Source: Clostridiales bacterium (GTDB lineage Bacteria; Bacillota; Clostridia; Oscillospirales; CAG-272). Taken from it: a DNA stretch of 64,000 nucleotides. The translations under genes and the position numbers were made by a program. Within the stretch, counting starts at the first letter, position 1. Each line of letters opens with the position of its first letter. This document shows positions 37,821 through 48,327 of this stretch, in pieces. The notes below the pieces were generated by a model, which was not told where the DNA came from, did no database searches, and saw only the letters and a list, made by a program, of their open reading frames with translations. The stretch spans positions 10,865-74,864 of the forward strand of contig JAJQCT010000023.1 of assembly GCA_021202555.1 (NCBI GenBank), read 5' to 3'.

Positions 37821-39317
37821 TTATTTGTAGTAAACCTCGCCGATCATGAGATCGCGCTTGAGGCTTCCCATCGTCGTGCCCTCGCCGATTACGACGGATT
37901 CGATTCCGAAGTGGTCGCAAAGGTCAACAACGTCGCTTGAGGTGAGGTCATATGTGAACGCGGTATGATGCGCGCCGCCGCACATGAGCCAGCCCTCGGT
38001 ACCCGTCTCAAAATCAGGCTTCGGTGCCCAAAGCGCTGTCGCAACAGGAAGCTTCGGCATGGGCGTAACCTGCTTTTTCACGGCAACCTCATTTATAATC
38101 ATGCGGAAGCGCGTTCCGAGATCAACAAGCGAGCAGGCAACGCCATCGCCCTCTTTTGCCGTAAACACAAGGCGTGCGGGGTCTTCCCTGTTGCCCATTG
38201 AAAGCGGGCAGACGCGAATCGCGGGCTTCGCCTCTGCGATAGACGGGCAGACCTCAAGCATATGCGACTGCAAAATCGCCTTGTTGCCCGGCTCGAGATG
38301 GTATGTATAGTCCTCCATGAAGGACGTTCCCTTTTTCCCTGTCTTTCCGGCGGTCATGAGCTTGAAAAGACGCACGACACCGGCAGTTTTCCAGTCACCC
38401 TCGGCTCCGAAGCCGTAGCCGTCAGCCATCATTCTCTGCATCGCAAGTCCCGGAAGCTGGTTAAGTCCCGCAAGGCTCTGGAAATTCGTGACGACAGCCT
38501 GATACCTGTTCTCCTCGCAGAATTTGCGGAATCCGATTTCGATTTTCGCCTGCTCAGCTACATGGCGGCGGAATTCGTCGGCGTCGCGCCCGTCGGTGAT
38601 GAGGTCGTATGTATCATAGTATTCGTCTGTCAGCGCGTTTATATCGCCAAGTGCGACATCATTTACATATTCGGCAACGTCCGTGATGCAGTAAGCATCA
38701 ACCTCCCAGCCGAATTTCTGCTCAGCCTCAACCTTGTCGCCTTCGGTTACAGCGACATCGCGCATATTGTCGCCAACGCGAACAATGCGCAGATAGCGCG
38801 ATTCAAGCGCTCCGATGGCGACGTTCATCCAATCGGCAATTCTCTTCTGAACATTCGGGTCGCTCCAGTGTCCCGAAACGATTTTGCGCGGCGTTTTCAT
38901 GCGCGTGAGCATATGCGCAAATTCGCGGTCGCCGTGAGCCGACTGATTCTCGTTCATGAAGTCCATGTCGATGGTATCGAACGGAATGTCGCGGTTAAAC
39001 TGCGTATGAAGGTGCAGAAGCGGCTTTCTGTACTCGTTGAATCCGCGTATCCACATCTTAGCCGGCGAGAACGTGTGCATCCAGACGATGCAGCCCGCAA
39101 CGTCGGGGTCTGCGTTTGCGGCGGCAAGCGTTTCGCGAATCGATACGCTGTCGATGAGCGTGGGCTTCCACACAAGCTCATATCCGAGCGCACCCGACGC
39201 ATTGAGCGCGTCAACGATTTTGTGAGAATGCTCCGCAACCACCTTCAGGCAAGCGTCGCCGTAAAGATCCTGAGAGCCGGTAAGAAACCAGAACTTGTAC
39301 TGTTTTGTTGTCAGCAT
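37821..39317 (-). CDS. araA: L-arabinose isomerase
   Basis: 498-aa ORF with 'FWFLTGSQDLYG', 'HTFSPAKMW' and 'GAEGDWKTA'. Confidence 0.9.
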   Translation of the reverse strand: MLTTKQYKFWFLTGSQDLYGDACLKVVAEHSHKIVDALNASGALGYELVWKPTLIDSVSIRETLAAANADPDVAGCIVWMHTFSPAKMWIRGFNEYRKPLLHLHTQFNRDIPFDTIDMDFMNENQSAHGDREFAHMLTRMKTPRKIVSGHWSDPNVQKRIADWMNVAIGALESRYLRIVRVGDNMRDVAVTEGDKVEAEQKFGWEVDAYCITDVAEYVNDVALGDINALTDEYYDTYDLITDGRDADEFRRHVAEQAKIEIGFRKFCEENRYQAVVTNFQSLAGLNQLPGLAMQRMMADGYGFGAEGDWKTAGVVRLFKLMTAGKTGKKGTSFMEDYTYHLEPGNKAILQSHMLEVCPSIAEAKPAIRVCPLSMGNREDPARLVFTAKEGDGVACSLVDLGTRFRMIINEVAVKKQVTPMPKLPVATALWAPKPDFETGTEGWLMCGGAHHTAFTYDLTSSDVVDLCDHFGIESVVIGEGTTMGSLKRDLMIGEVYYK

Positions 39318-39378
39318 AATAGCCTCCGATAAATATTATATTTTTTTGCCGAGCCGTCGTTCGCGCCCCGGCATTGAA

Positions 39379-40044
39379 TCAGATTTTCGCGTCCGCGGAG
39401 CGTCTTGCTTCCATTTGCTCCGCAACCATAATGTCTTTGATTTTCATGAGCCGCGTCGTGTTTCCGCGCTCGTTTTCGTCAAGCTTCATCGAAATTGAGC
39501 GAATCGAGCTTTCAATATCGGGAATCATGATGCTTTCAAGCGCGTTTACACGCCGGCGCGTTTTTTCGATTTCATCCGCCAGAAGCTCGGCGGATTTTTC
39601 AAGCTCCGCCAGCTTTATAAGATCCGCCGTCATCCCGGAAAGCGATTCAACGGCGAAATCAAGCTCGCCAGACGTAAAGGCAAAGCCGTAGCCGCACCCG
39701 TCGGTACGGTGACTTTCATCATACGAGAAGCTCGGAACAGAAACGCTCATGAGATTTTTTTCGGAAACCGATAAAGTCCCCTCGGATTTCGGCAGGAGAA
39801 GCGCCTCGGTGAGCATTTTTCCGTTCATCGCGGCTGCCGCGACGGCGAAATTCGCCTGTACGTTCGCATATCTCACCTCAAGGGACGCGCGAAGCTCCTT
39901 TTCTTCGCGCACAACGTCGAGAAAAAGCTTCATCAGCTCGTCGCGCTTATCCTTCAGCAGCTTATGTCCGTGACGCGCCGTGGCAAGCCTGCCCTTGAGC
40001 TTTTTCAGCTCCATTCGCGTCGGATTTACATTTACGGTCGGCAT
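39379..40044 (-). CDS. ntpD: V-type ATP synthase subunit D
   Basis: 221-aa ORF with 'NPTRMELKKLKGRLATARHGHKLLKDKRDEL'. It is the last gene of the V-ATPase operon. Confidence 0.85.
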   Translation of the reverse strand: MPTVNVNPTRMELKKLKGRLATARHGHKLLKDKRDELMKLFLDVVREEKELRASLEVRYANVQANFAVAAAAMNGKMLTEALLLPKSEGTLSVSEKNLMSVSVPSFSYDESHRTDGCGYGFAFTSGELDFAVESLSGMTADLIKLAELEKSAELLADEIEKTRRRVNALESIMIPDIESSIRSISMKLDENERGNTTRLMKIKDIMVAEQMEARRSADAKI

Positions 40045-40063
40045 ATCGTTTTCCCTTTACCCG

Positions 40064-41458
40064 TTATTCATTCTCGTCTGTCGGCGCTGTTTTGTCCCAA
40101 TACTTTTCGAGTATCGCGGGCTTTATTCGCTTCATCTCCGATTTCGGGAGAATGTGCAGAAGCCTCCAGCCGAGGTCGAGCGTTTCCTCAATCGTTCTGT
40201 CCTCATAAAAGCCCTGATTGATGTATTCCGCCTCAAACGCATCGGAGAATTTGGCGTAAAGCCTTTCAATCGGCGTGAGCGCGGCTTCGCCGAGGACAAC
40301 CATAAGCTCCTTTGCCTCTTTTCCTCTCGCGTAAGCGGAAAAGAGCTGATTCATTGTGCCCGAATGGTCATCGCGCGTGCGTCCTGCGCCTATTCCCTTA
40401 TCCTTAAGACGTGAAAGCGACGGAAGAACGTCAACGGGCGGCAGATAGCCCTTGCGGTAGATTTCGCGCGAGAGTATAATCTGCCCCTCCGTTATATATC
40501 CCGTAAGGTCGGGAATCGGGTGCGTTTTGTCGTCCTCAGGCATTGTGAGAATCGGTATCATCGTAATCGAGCCGTTGCTTCCCTCACGACGTCCCGCGCG
40601 CTCATACATTGTGGCAAGGTCGGTGTAAAGATAGCCGGGGTAACCGCGGCGACCGGGAACCTCCTTGCGCGCGGCGGAAACCTCACGAAGCGCCTCTGCG
40701 TAATTCGTTATATCCGTCATGATGACAAGAACGTGCATTCCCTTATCAAACGCGAGGTATTCGGCGGCGGTAAGCGCCATACGCGGAGTTGAAATTCTCT
40801 CAACGGCAGCGTCGGACGCAAGATTGATGAAAAGCACTGTTCTGTCTATGGCGCCCGTCTTGTTGAAATCACTTATGAAGAAGTCAGCCTCCTCAAAGGT
40901 AATTCCGATTGCGGCAAAAACGACAGCGAATTTGTCGTCTGTTCCGCGCACCTTCGCCTGACGGGCAATCTGCGCCGCAAGATTTGCGTGAGGCAGACCG
41001 GACCCCGAGAAAATTGGCAGCTTCTGACCGCGCACAAGCGTGTTGAGTCCATCAATTGAAGAAACTCCCGTTTGTATAAACTCAGAAGGATATTTTCTTG
41101 CCGAGGGATTCATCGGCGTTCCGTTGATGTCGCGCACCGCCTCGGGAATGAGCTTTGCGCCGCCGTCAATAGGCTCGCCCATTCCGTTGAACACTCGTCC
41201 GAGCATTCCTTCCGAAACGGGAAGCTCGACGCCGTGTCCCGTGAAACGCACCTTTGAATACTCAAGATTAAGACCCGCCGAAGATTAAAAAAGCTTGACA
41301 AGCACGTCAGAGCATTTCTCATCAAGCAGACGGCAGCGTCTCACCTCACCGCTCGGCAAAATAATCTCGCCAAGCTCGTCATATTTTATGCCGTCAACAT
41401 TCTTGACAAGCATAAGAGGACCCGCAACCTCCTCGATTGTTCTGTATTCACGGCTCAC
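40064..41458 (-). pseudogene. ntpB: V-type ATP synthase subunit B, reading frame interrupted by an in-frame TAA (41285-41287)
   Basis: A GTG at 41458 overlaps the ntpA stop (GTGA) and opens '[23 protein letters not shown]...VLVKLF', 57 codons. A TAA follows, then the same frame continues '[34 protein letters not shown]...' to 40064. The stop sits where B subunits carry the conserved Glu of 'FEGTSG' (GAA to TAA, one substitution). Confidence 0.7.
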
Positions 41459-43245
41459 TGCTCATCACCTCCGATTCGGGAAAGCTGTTCGTTGATTTCC
41501 TGTCTTATCTTTTCAAATTCAGCCTTGTATTTCGCCGTCGGAATGCTCTTTGCGCGTCCGATTTTCTCACGCACCGGAAGCTCGGCGATTTTTTCAATAT
41601 CAGCACCCGCTTCAATCGCGCGCTGCGCCTCGTCGCGGAAATAAAGTATCAGTGACAGAAGATCATGCTGCTTTTCGGGCGGGCAATACGAATCATCGTC
41701 TGACATCGCGTCCTGCTGGAGGAAATCCTCGCGAACGGACTGTGCTGCCTCAAGCAGCAGCCTGTCTGACGGCGAAAGCGCGTCCATACCTACGAGCTTG
41801 ACAATTTCCTCAAGCTCCGCCTCCTTTGAGAGGATTCGCATAGCCTCCGTTATCTGCTCCATCCAGTCTGACGCAATATTTGTCTCGAACCAAGGCGCCA
41901 GTCTGTCCTTATAAAGCGAGTAGGAATTGAGCCAGTTTATCGCCGGGAAATGACGGCGGTTCGCGAGTGACGCGTCAAGCCCCCAGAATACCTTTACTAT
42001 TCGAAGCGTCGCCTGCGACACAGGCTCCGATATATCGCCGCCCGGAGGCGACACGGCGCCGACAGCCGTAAGCGCTCCCGTGCGCTCCTCACCGTCGCCG
42101 CATATGCAGCGCACCATTCCCGCGCGCTCGTAAAACTGCGCGAGGCGCGAGGAAAGATATGCGGGATAGCCCTCTTCGCCCGGCATTTCCTCAAGGCGTC
42201 CCGACATTTCGCGAAGTGCCTCAGCCCAGCGCGAGGTCGAATCTGCGATAACAGCCACGGAGCAGCCCATATCGCGGAAATATTCCGCTATTGTTATTCC
42301 TGTGTATACGGATGCCTCACGCGCCGCAACGGGCATATCGGAGGTATTCGCTATAAGCACCGTGCGCTTGAGAAGCGACGCGCCCGTTTTCGGGTCTGTG
42401 ATTTCGGGAAATTCAAGCAGAACGTCTGTCATTTCGTTTCCGCGCTCGCCGCACCCGATGTAAATTACAAAATCTGCGTCAGCCCACTTGGCGAGCTGAT
42501 GCTGAACGACCGTTTTTCCGGAGCCGAAGGGTCCCGGTATGCAGGCAGTTCCGCCCTTTGCAACGGGAAACATCGAATCGATATTTCTCTGACCCGTTAT
42601 AAGCGGCTCGTTGGGAGGAAGCTTTTCCTTATAAGGACGCGCACGGCGTACAGGCCACTTCTGCATGAGCGTTATAGTCTCCGTCGTGCCGTCATCAAGC
42701 GTGAGATTTCCAACGGGATCGGTCACGGTGTAATAGCCCGAGAAAAGATCCGCAATAACACCGCTCTTGCCGGGAGGCACCATTATTTTGAGCTTTACGA
42801 CCTCGTTTTCGCGGACATATCCGTAAACATCGCCCCCTGTAACGCGGTCGCCTTTCTTCGCGGACGCCTCAAAATACCACTTTTTATCGCGGTCAAGCGC
42901 CGGAATATCGATTCCGCGCGTTATGTTCGGTCCGACAGCGTTTTTAATTGCGACAAGCGGACGCTGGATTCCGTCATATATGTTTTCGATAAGCCCGGGA
43001 CCAAGCTCGACAGAAAGCGGCGCGCCCGTCGATACGACTGTATCGCCGCGTCCAAGCCCCGCCGTCTCCTCGTATACCTGAATCGAGGCGCGGTCGCCGT
43101 GCATTTCAATAATCTCTCCGATAAGATGGCGTTCGCCGATTCTCACGACGTCGTACATATTCGCCTCTCTCATTCCCTCGGCGATTACAAGCGGTCCCGA
43201 AACTTTAATTATTCTTCCTTCAGTCATTCCATAAAACCATAGCAT
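41455..43245 (-). CDS. ntpA: V-type ATP synthase subunit A (catalytic)
   Basis: Walker A 'GPFGSGKT', plus '[10 protein letters not shown]' and '[27 protein letters not shown]'. The true start is probably the ATG at 43227 ([14 protein letters not shown]). Confidence 0.9.
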   Translation of the reverse strand: MLWFYGMTEGRIIKVSGPLVIAEGMREANMYDVVRIGERHLIGEIIEMHGDRASIQVYEETAGLGRGDTVVSTGAPLSVELGPGLIENIYDGIQRPLVAIKNAVGPNITRGIDIPALDRDKKWYFEASAKKGDRVTGGDVYGYVRENEVVKLKIMVPPGKSGVIADLFSGYYTVTDPVGNLTLDDGTTETITLMQKWPVRRARPYKEKLPPNEPLITGQRNIDSMFPVAKGGTACIPGPFGSGKTVVQHQLAKWADADFVIYIGCGERGNEMTDVLLEFPEITDPKTGASLLKRTVLIANTSDMPVAAREASVYTGITIAEYFRDMGCSVAVIADSTSRWAEALREMSGRLEEMPGEEGYPAYLSSRLAQFYERAGMVRCICGDGEERTGALTAVGAVSPPGGDISEPVSQATLRIVKVFWGLDASLANRRHFPAINWLNSYSLYKDRLAPWFETNIASDWMEQITEAMRILSKEAELEEIVKLVGMDALSPSDRLLLEAAQSVREDFLQQDAMSDDDSYCPPEKQHDLLSLILYFRDEAQRAIEAGADIEKIAELPVREKIGRAKSIPTAKYKAEFEKIRQEINEQLSRIGGDEQ

Positions 43246-43299
43246 TCGCCAAGCGAAAGCTCCCTTTCAATCCTTTCATTCGGAATCGGTACGATATTT

Positions 43300-43650
43300 T
43301 CAGTTATCGCGGAAAAGTATATCCGCGCCGACAGCCTTTTCAACGTGCGATTTCAGCTTTTTCATTCCGAAGCTCATTTTGCCGTCCGCGGCAGCCTCGG
43401 GCAGCGATGTAATCGCAGGAAGCGTTCTTGATGTGTAATGAGCAATATCATCCGCGAGCAGCGTGGCGTATTTTTCCGTGATAAAAACAATTGCGTATCT
43501 GTCGGCGCTCTCGTCGCCCTCGCCCTGCTTTACGAGATTTTTCAAAACAGCTCTCGCCTCATCCGCCGACGAAACATCAAAAACGCCGTAACCGAGCGCT
43601 ATAAAGCCCGAAACGTCTGCTCTGTCGCCTATAACGCCTATCTTATACAT
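43300..43650 (-). CDS. V-type ATP synthase subunit F
   Basis: 116-aa ORF with 'MYKIGVIGDRADVSGFIALG' and 'YAIVFITEKYA'. It sits between the C and A subunit genes. Confidence 0.75.
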   Translation of the reverse strand: MYKIGVIGDRADVSGFIALGYGVFDVSSADEARAVLKNLVKQGEGDESADRYAIVFITEKYATLLADDIAHYTSRTLPAITSLPEAAADGKMSFGMKKLKSHVEKAVGADILFRDN

Positions 43651-44689
43651 ATGAAATGCGCATCCTTTCCCTTATGGCGTCCTCCGTCATGCCCGAGCGC
43701 TTGCCCGCAAGGATGATGCGCGCGTTTTTTGCGCACGACTCCATGCCGACAATATAAGCAAACGGAACGCCGATTCCGTAAAGCGTATCCTCGACACCCG
43801 CTGACACAAGCCTCAGAAACTCGTTTTCCGCCATGCGCTCGAGTGTTGACAGCGCCGCGCCCGACGCGAGCATTCCGGATATTTCGGGATAGCTCTCGCC
43901 GACGGCAGAGGCAAGACGATCTTCGTCATTTTCGCCCTCGTTATGGGAGCATACGGCAAGCGTCAGCATATCGCGCGAGACATTTCCGCCCGATGCAAGC
44001 GCCTCGGAAAGTATTCCCTCCGCCGCCGAAAGCTTCATTCTGCGAACTCTTTCGGACGTCAGAATATTGACCATATCAATTTTTACAGCAAGCGCGTTTT
44101 TGATAAATTTGCTTCCCGTTTTTGCGGCTCCCGCCGCCATCGCCTCAAGGCAGGCGCGGTCAATCGGCAAATCAATCTCCTGCGGATCTCCCGTCTTTGC
44201 AAATTCCTCATTCGCTCTTGCGGCGGAAACGGAAAGCCATTCGGGAAGCGCTGAAAAATCGGCGCCCGAAACGGCAGAAATCACAAGGGATTCGGGAACG
44301 CTCCCGCATGAAAACATCATCCCGTCGGGAGAAAGTCCGCGAGCTGAACACTTCATTGCCGTTTTCATGTTGTTCGCGTCGTACTGAAATCTAAGAAAGT
44401 CAAAGAGAGCCGGATCGTCGAGGCACTGCGACACAAGGTCGAATATCTCACCGACCGCGGCGTCGCAGGCATCCTCCGCGCTGTCTTTATGATACGCATC
44501 CTTCAGTATCTGTTCCGCTGCCGCCGCGCTGTCGGCGTCAATCATCCGACCAAGCATAGCCGACGACAAGCCTCTTTCCTCGACCGCATGAAGATAAGAG
44601 GAAACATAGATAAAATCGTCGTCCTTCACCCGGCGGGAGGCGCGGAAGGTATTTGCCTTTTCTTTAATTCCGTCAACCGTTATCTTCAT
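43643..44689 (-). CDS. ntpC: V-type ATP synthase subunit C (eukaryotic d-like)
   Basis: 348-aa helical protein at the canonical operon position (E-C-F-A-B-D). Confidence 0.7.
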   Translation of the reverse strand: MKITVDGIKEKANTFRASRRVKDDDFIYVSSYLHAVEERGLSSAMLGRMIDADSAAAAEQILKDAYHKDSAEDACDAAVGEIFDLVSQCLDDPALFDFLRFQYDANNMKTAMKCSARGLSPDGMMFSCGSVPESLVISAVSGADFSALPEWLSVSAARANEEFAKTGDPQEIDLPIDRACLEAMAAGAAKTGSKFIKNALAVKIDMVNILTSERVRRMKLSAAEGILSEALASGGNVSRDMLTLAVCSHNEGENDEDRLASAVGESYPEISGMLASGAALSTLERMAENEFLRLVSAGVEDTLYGIGVPFAYIVGMESCAKNARIILAGKRSGMTEDAIRERMRISYV

Positions 44690-44695
44690 AATTCG

Positions 44696-45364
44696 TTATT
44701 CTTCAGGATAAAGCGCCTCATATACGAGAGGATCAAGCCGCGTGCGGCAGCTCTCGGCAATGAGCGAAAGCGTGCGGTTTTCCTCGATATTTCCGCAGCG
44801 TACAATAACGCCGCCGTCAATCGCCACACTTCCCTCCGAGAGAGTAACCCTGCGAAGCTCCTCTGACTTAAATTCGCGCTTATAGTTATTCTTTATGCTG
44901 AAAACGACAAACTCGCCTATTTCCTCGCGGTCATGCTCATTGAACACAAGCTCAAAGGGATAAGAGCCCGCGCTCTCGCCGTAGCGGCTTGTTCTTTCCT
45001 CCGCGGCGTCAATATGACGCTTTATCGCATCGACCGCAAGGCTTGTGACAAGCTCCGCGTAGCTTTCGCGCGGCGACGAATATATCTTTTTCAGCGCCAT
45101 CGTATAAGCAAGATCGACGTTTCGGCTTCTCGCACCCGCCATAATGTTGCGCCTTGACATTGCCGACGACGATTTTGCCCTCGCGACAACAGATTCCGCC
45201 TCGCGTTCAAGCCTTTCGTTCATCGACGCAATAGCAGCGTCTCTTTTGGCTGCGTAGTCCTCTTTTATGCGCTCCGCCTCTGCGTTCGCCTCGTCAATAA
45301 GCGATTTGCACTCGGCGTCGGTGTCCTCGTCTATCTTGCTTATTATCTTCTCAAGCCCCGTCAT
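44696..45364 (-). CDS. ntpE: V-type ATP synthase subunit E
   Basis: 222-aa ORF with a charged coiled-coil N-terminus ('EANAEAERIKEDYAAKRD') and the canonical operon position. Confidence 0.7.
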   Translation of the reverse strand: MTGLEKIISKIDEDTDAECKSLIDEANAEAERIKEDYAAKRDAAIASMNERLEREAESVVARAKSSSAMSRRNIMAGARSRNVDLAYTMALKKIYSSPRESYAELVTSLAVDAIKRHIDAAEERTSRYGESAGSYPFELVFNEHDREEIGEFVVFSIKNNYKREFKSEELRRVTLSEGSVAIDGGVIVRCGNIEENRTLSLIAESCRTRLDPLVYEALYPEE

Positions 45365-45369
45365 TTTTA

Positions 45370-45876
45370 TCAGCTGAAGCTTGCGAAAAGCACAGGGATG
45401 AGCGAAATGAGCAGCGCCAGAATCGCGTATGTCTCAACGAGCGCCGCGGATGTAATTGCTTTGCCGACCTCGCCCGGACGCTTCGAGAGCAGATTAACGC
45501 CCGAAACGCAGACCTTTGCCTGATAGACTGCCGAAAAATATCCGACTACAGCTATAGGCAGGCAGGCAACGAGGTAAAACGCGCCCTGCCACGTCTCAAG
45601 CGTCGAAAGATCGCCGAGAACGCCAATCTTGAACATGACGAGGAACGCCGTAACAAGACCGTAAATGCCCTGTGTGCCGGGAAGCGCCTGCAAAAGAAGC
45701 GTGCTTCCGAACTTCGACGGGTCCTCCGCAAGAATTGCCGACGATGCGACACCGACGTTTCTAACCGCTTTCGCGCTTCCGAGCCCCGGAAGCAGCGCCG
45801 CGACTGCCGCGCCTATCATGGCAAGCGTAACACCGTTGATTTGTGAAAGAAATTCACTGAATGTACCGAACTGCAT
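45370..45876 (-). CDS. ntpK: V-type ATP synthase subunit K (proteolipid, duplicated 4-TM form)
   Basis: 168-aa very hydrophobic G/A-rich protein with a conserved Glu in the last helix region ('AALVETYAI'). Confidence 0.8.
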   Translation of the reverse strand: MQFGTFSEFLSQINGVTLAMIGAAVAALLPGLGSAKAVRNVGVASSAILAEDPSKFGSTLLLQALPGTQGIYGLVTAFLVMFKIGVLGDLSTLETWQGAFYLVACLPIAVVGYFSAVYQAKVCVSGVNLLSKRPGEVGKAITSAALVETYAILALLISLIPVLFASFS

Positions 45877-45906
45877 TTTGTTTTTCTCCTCCCAAGGAAA
45901 ATAAAT

Positions 45907-47877
45907 TTATTTTTCTTTATAGACGTAGTATTTGCTGTCGGGGGAAACCGGCACAAATACTCGCCCGCCGCCCTCATAGAATTTTCCGAAAAATTCTATA
46001 TACTGAAGACGACTTGTATGAACGAAGGTTCCGAGAAGGTTTATCGCCATATTCAAAAGATGTCCGATTAAAATCGCCACCACGAATATGCATATTCCGC
46101 CGAACGAAAGCCCGCCCATAGTACCGAGAATGTTGAATACGCTCGCGATAACCGCGGACGCAAGACCGAGCGAAAGGATTCGCGAATACGACAGAAGATC
46201 GGAAACATACGATATTGTGTCGTAAAGCGACATGAAGCCTTTCAGCACCCGCATAACGGGATTTTTTTCGTTTCTGCCGCCGGTGCATATCATAAGCAGA
46301 TATGCGAGGACGACCATACCAATGCCGATATTGAAAAGAATCCCACCGACAAGATAGCCGATTATCGCGACGGCTGCTCCGAGAAACACGAGTATCCAGC
46401 CGCCCGCGTCAAATATCGCATCAAGAATTCCCTTCGTTTTCAGAAGTATATAAAACTTGACGCACAGTCCCGCGACAAGATGTATCGCGCCGACCGCAAT
46501 CGAAACAATGAGGAATGTCATCGGGTCGCTTACGGGATTGAACCAAATCGAAAGCTCGGGTTCGGGATCAACGCCGAACCAGTAGTACGCGATTTTTGAC
46601 GGAAGATCGCCGAAATATCCGCCGAGAAGCACTCCCATGACGACGCATGACACGCCGCAAATTGCGAACATCTGAAGAAACTTTTTAAGTGAGCCGCGCG
46701 GCTTCATGAGGCGCAGACCCAGAACGCAGCAAATCGAGAGCAGCGCGCCGTACCCGACATCAGCAAACATCAGTCCGAAAATGAGAATATAGAAAAAGCT
46801 CATCACAAACGTCGGATCGAATGTCCCGTATTTCGGCATCGAATAAAGCGCAACGACAGGCTCGAAGGATTCCGCGAATTTGTTGTTTTTGAGAAGCACG
46901 GGAACGTCGTCGTCAGATGATGGGTCGCGAAGCTCATACGCGCAGCCCGCGCCCGTAAGCTCGCCGACAACCTCGTCAACAGACGCCTCAGGCACCCAGC
47001 CCGACAGAATGACCGTATGCGCGGTATTTGCCATACGCTCCTTTGCGGAAATTACTGACAGCTCCGTCTGGCACCTGTCGTAATAGAACTCCACCTCGCC
47101 TATCATGGGAGCAATCTCGTCCGCTTCAGCAAGAATCCGTTCCTCCTCGCGGTCGAGTGCCCCGACGGTTTCCTTCATGCGCGAATAAATTTCCGCTGCG
47201 CGTCCCTTTATTCCGAACGCGGGGGACTTCACAAATCCGAGTGACGACAAGAGCCGCATCAGCTCCGACGTTTCGCTTTTATGTACCACAATCGCGACAT
47301 ATGCGGCGCCGTCAGATTCCTTTGAAAATATTACGGACGCCGCGTAATTGTCCGAGACCGTGCTTTCAAAATTATCAAGCTGCGTCCCCGCCGGCAGCGA
47401 CCCCATAAAAATGTCGCACCGCGACGTTTTTGAAAAATCAAGCGGCAAATCGTAATTGAGCCACGGCTCGTACACGGTCATATCGGATTTAATTCCCGCA
47501 CGCTCTGCAGAAAGGCTTTCAAGACGTCTCGCGATTTTTACGGCTCTTTTCGTTAGAGTCCCGGCGCTCTCAAGGCGCGCCGGATCGGCGTCTCCCCGTT
47601 CCATCTCGGGCTTTGGCGAAAGAAGTCCGCGCTTCGCGACAGTATTTCTGCCCGAGAGAAGGTTTATCGCCGTCACCGCGTCGTCAGTCTTTGCCTTTAT
47701 TCTTTCGCGCTCAGCCGATATGTCGGCAAGCCTTATCTCGCCTCCGCTGTCGTCGGGCATTCCTTCGGGCGATACGTCAACATCGACGCACGAGAGCCAC
47801 ACGAGCTTTTTCGCAAGCTCTCCGCTCGCCTCGCGCGGCGCTATCGCCGAAAGATGCTTCATTTTACAAACTGCCAT
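45907..47877 (-). CDS. ntpI: V-type ATP synthase subunit I
   Basis: 656-aa ORF with a soluble coiled N-terminal half and a multi-TM C-terminal half containing 'SYSRILSLGLASAVIA' (essential Arg region). Confidence 0.85.
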   Translation of the reverse strand: MAVCKMKHLSAIAPREASGELAKKLVWLSCVDVDVSPEGMPDDSGGEIRLADISAERERIKAKTDDAVTAINLLSGRNTVAKRGLLSPKPEMERGDADPARLESAGTLTKRAVKIARRLESLSAERAGIKSDMTVYEPWLNYDLPLDFSKTSRCDIFMGSLPAGTQLDNFESTVSDNYAASVIFSKESDGAAYVAIVVHKSETSELMRLLSSLGFVKSPAFGIKGRAAEIYSRMKETVGALDREEERILAEADEIAPMIGEVEFYYDRCQTELSVISAKERMANTAHTVILSGWVPEASVDEVVGELTGAGCAYELRDPSSDDDVPVLLKNNKFAESFEPVVALYSMPKYGTFDPTFVMSFFYILIFGLMFADVGYGALLSICCVLGLRLMKPRGSLKKFLQMFAICGVSCVVMGVLLGGYFGDLPSKIAYYWFGVDPEPELSIWFNPVSDPMTFLIVSIAVGAIHLVAGLCVKFYILLKTKGILDAIFDAGGWILVFLGAAVAIIGYLVGGILFNIGIGMVVLAYLLMICTGGRNEKNPVMRVLKGFMSLYDTISYVSDLLSYSRILSLGLASAVIASVFNILGTMGGLSFGGICIFVVAILIGHLLNMAINLLGTFVHTSRLQYIEFFGKFYEGGGRVFVPVSPDSKYYVYKEK

Positions 47878-48187
47878 GTTCCGTTATCGCTCCGATAATT
47901 ATCCCGACAGCCCTCTCCATATTTGACATGGCGGCGCGTGTTTCGCCCTCTGCGTCGGCTTCAGCCTCTGTTCGGTTCTTCATGAGAAGCGTCTCCGAAC
48001 CCTTGACTACCTGTTCAAGCTTTTCCTTCATATCGCGTTCGGCGGCGGCAATCGACGACTCATATTCATTTTTTGAGCGTTCCTCGGCATCGGCGATTAT
48101 ACGCTTTGCCTCGGCTACTGCCGCGGCGCGCTTCGCCTTGGAACCGTTTTCCGCTTCAAGTATCGCATTTATCGATTCTTTTGACAA
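47864..48187 (-). CDS. Small charged coiled-coil V-ATPase stalk subunit (G/H-like), first gene of the operon
   Basis: The start is re-set to the TTG at 48187 (LSKESINAILEAE..), 8 nt after a GGGGG RBS. The ORF-track GTG start (48256) lies inside the spacer of the operon promoter. Confidence 0.5.
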   Translation of the reverse strand: MSKESINAILEAENGSKAKRAAAVAEAKRIIADAEERSKNEYESSIAAAERDMKEKLEQVVKGSETLLMKNRTEAEADAEGETRAAMSNMERAVGIIIGAITEHGSL

Positions 48188-48240
48188 ATTAAATACCCCC
48201 GTCACATATCTCGCGTCCGCGATTATCGGACGCCATTTTA

Positions 48241-48269
48241 ATTCTATCACGAACACATGAAAAAGTCAA
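48241..48269 (-). promoter_or_regulatory. Putative promoter of the V-type ATPase operon
   Basis: Minus strand: TTGACT (48269-48264), 17 nt, TAGAAT (48246-48241). Confidence 0.55.
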
Positions 48270-48327
48270 GCATTTTTTTCGGCGTGGCGACACTTTTTGA
48301 GAGTGTCGGAGGAGCCGTTTCGTTTCG

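Noticed and set aside
38262-39332. 356-aa plus-strand ORF; the same applies to 42499-43242, 60112-60894 and 31667-32458
   Set aside because: All are antisense shadows of strongly conserved genes (araA, ntpA, the ABC exporter and the topoisomerase) with no independent support.
41285-41287. Alternative genetic code or programmed recoding of TAA in ntpB
   Set aside because: TAA clearly terminates other well-defined genes in the window (rpsU at 27690, the RpiR gene at 17882, the SBP gene at 5947 and the foldase gene at 9064). A reassigned code is therefore not supported. The site is kept as a nonsense, error or read-through question instead.
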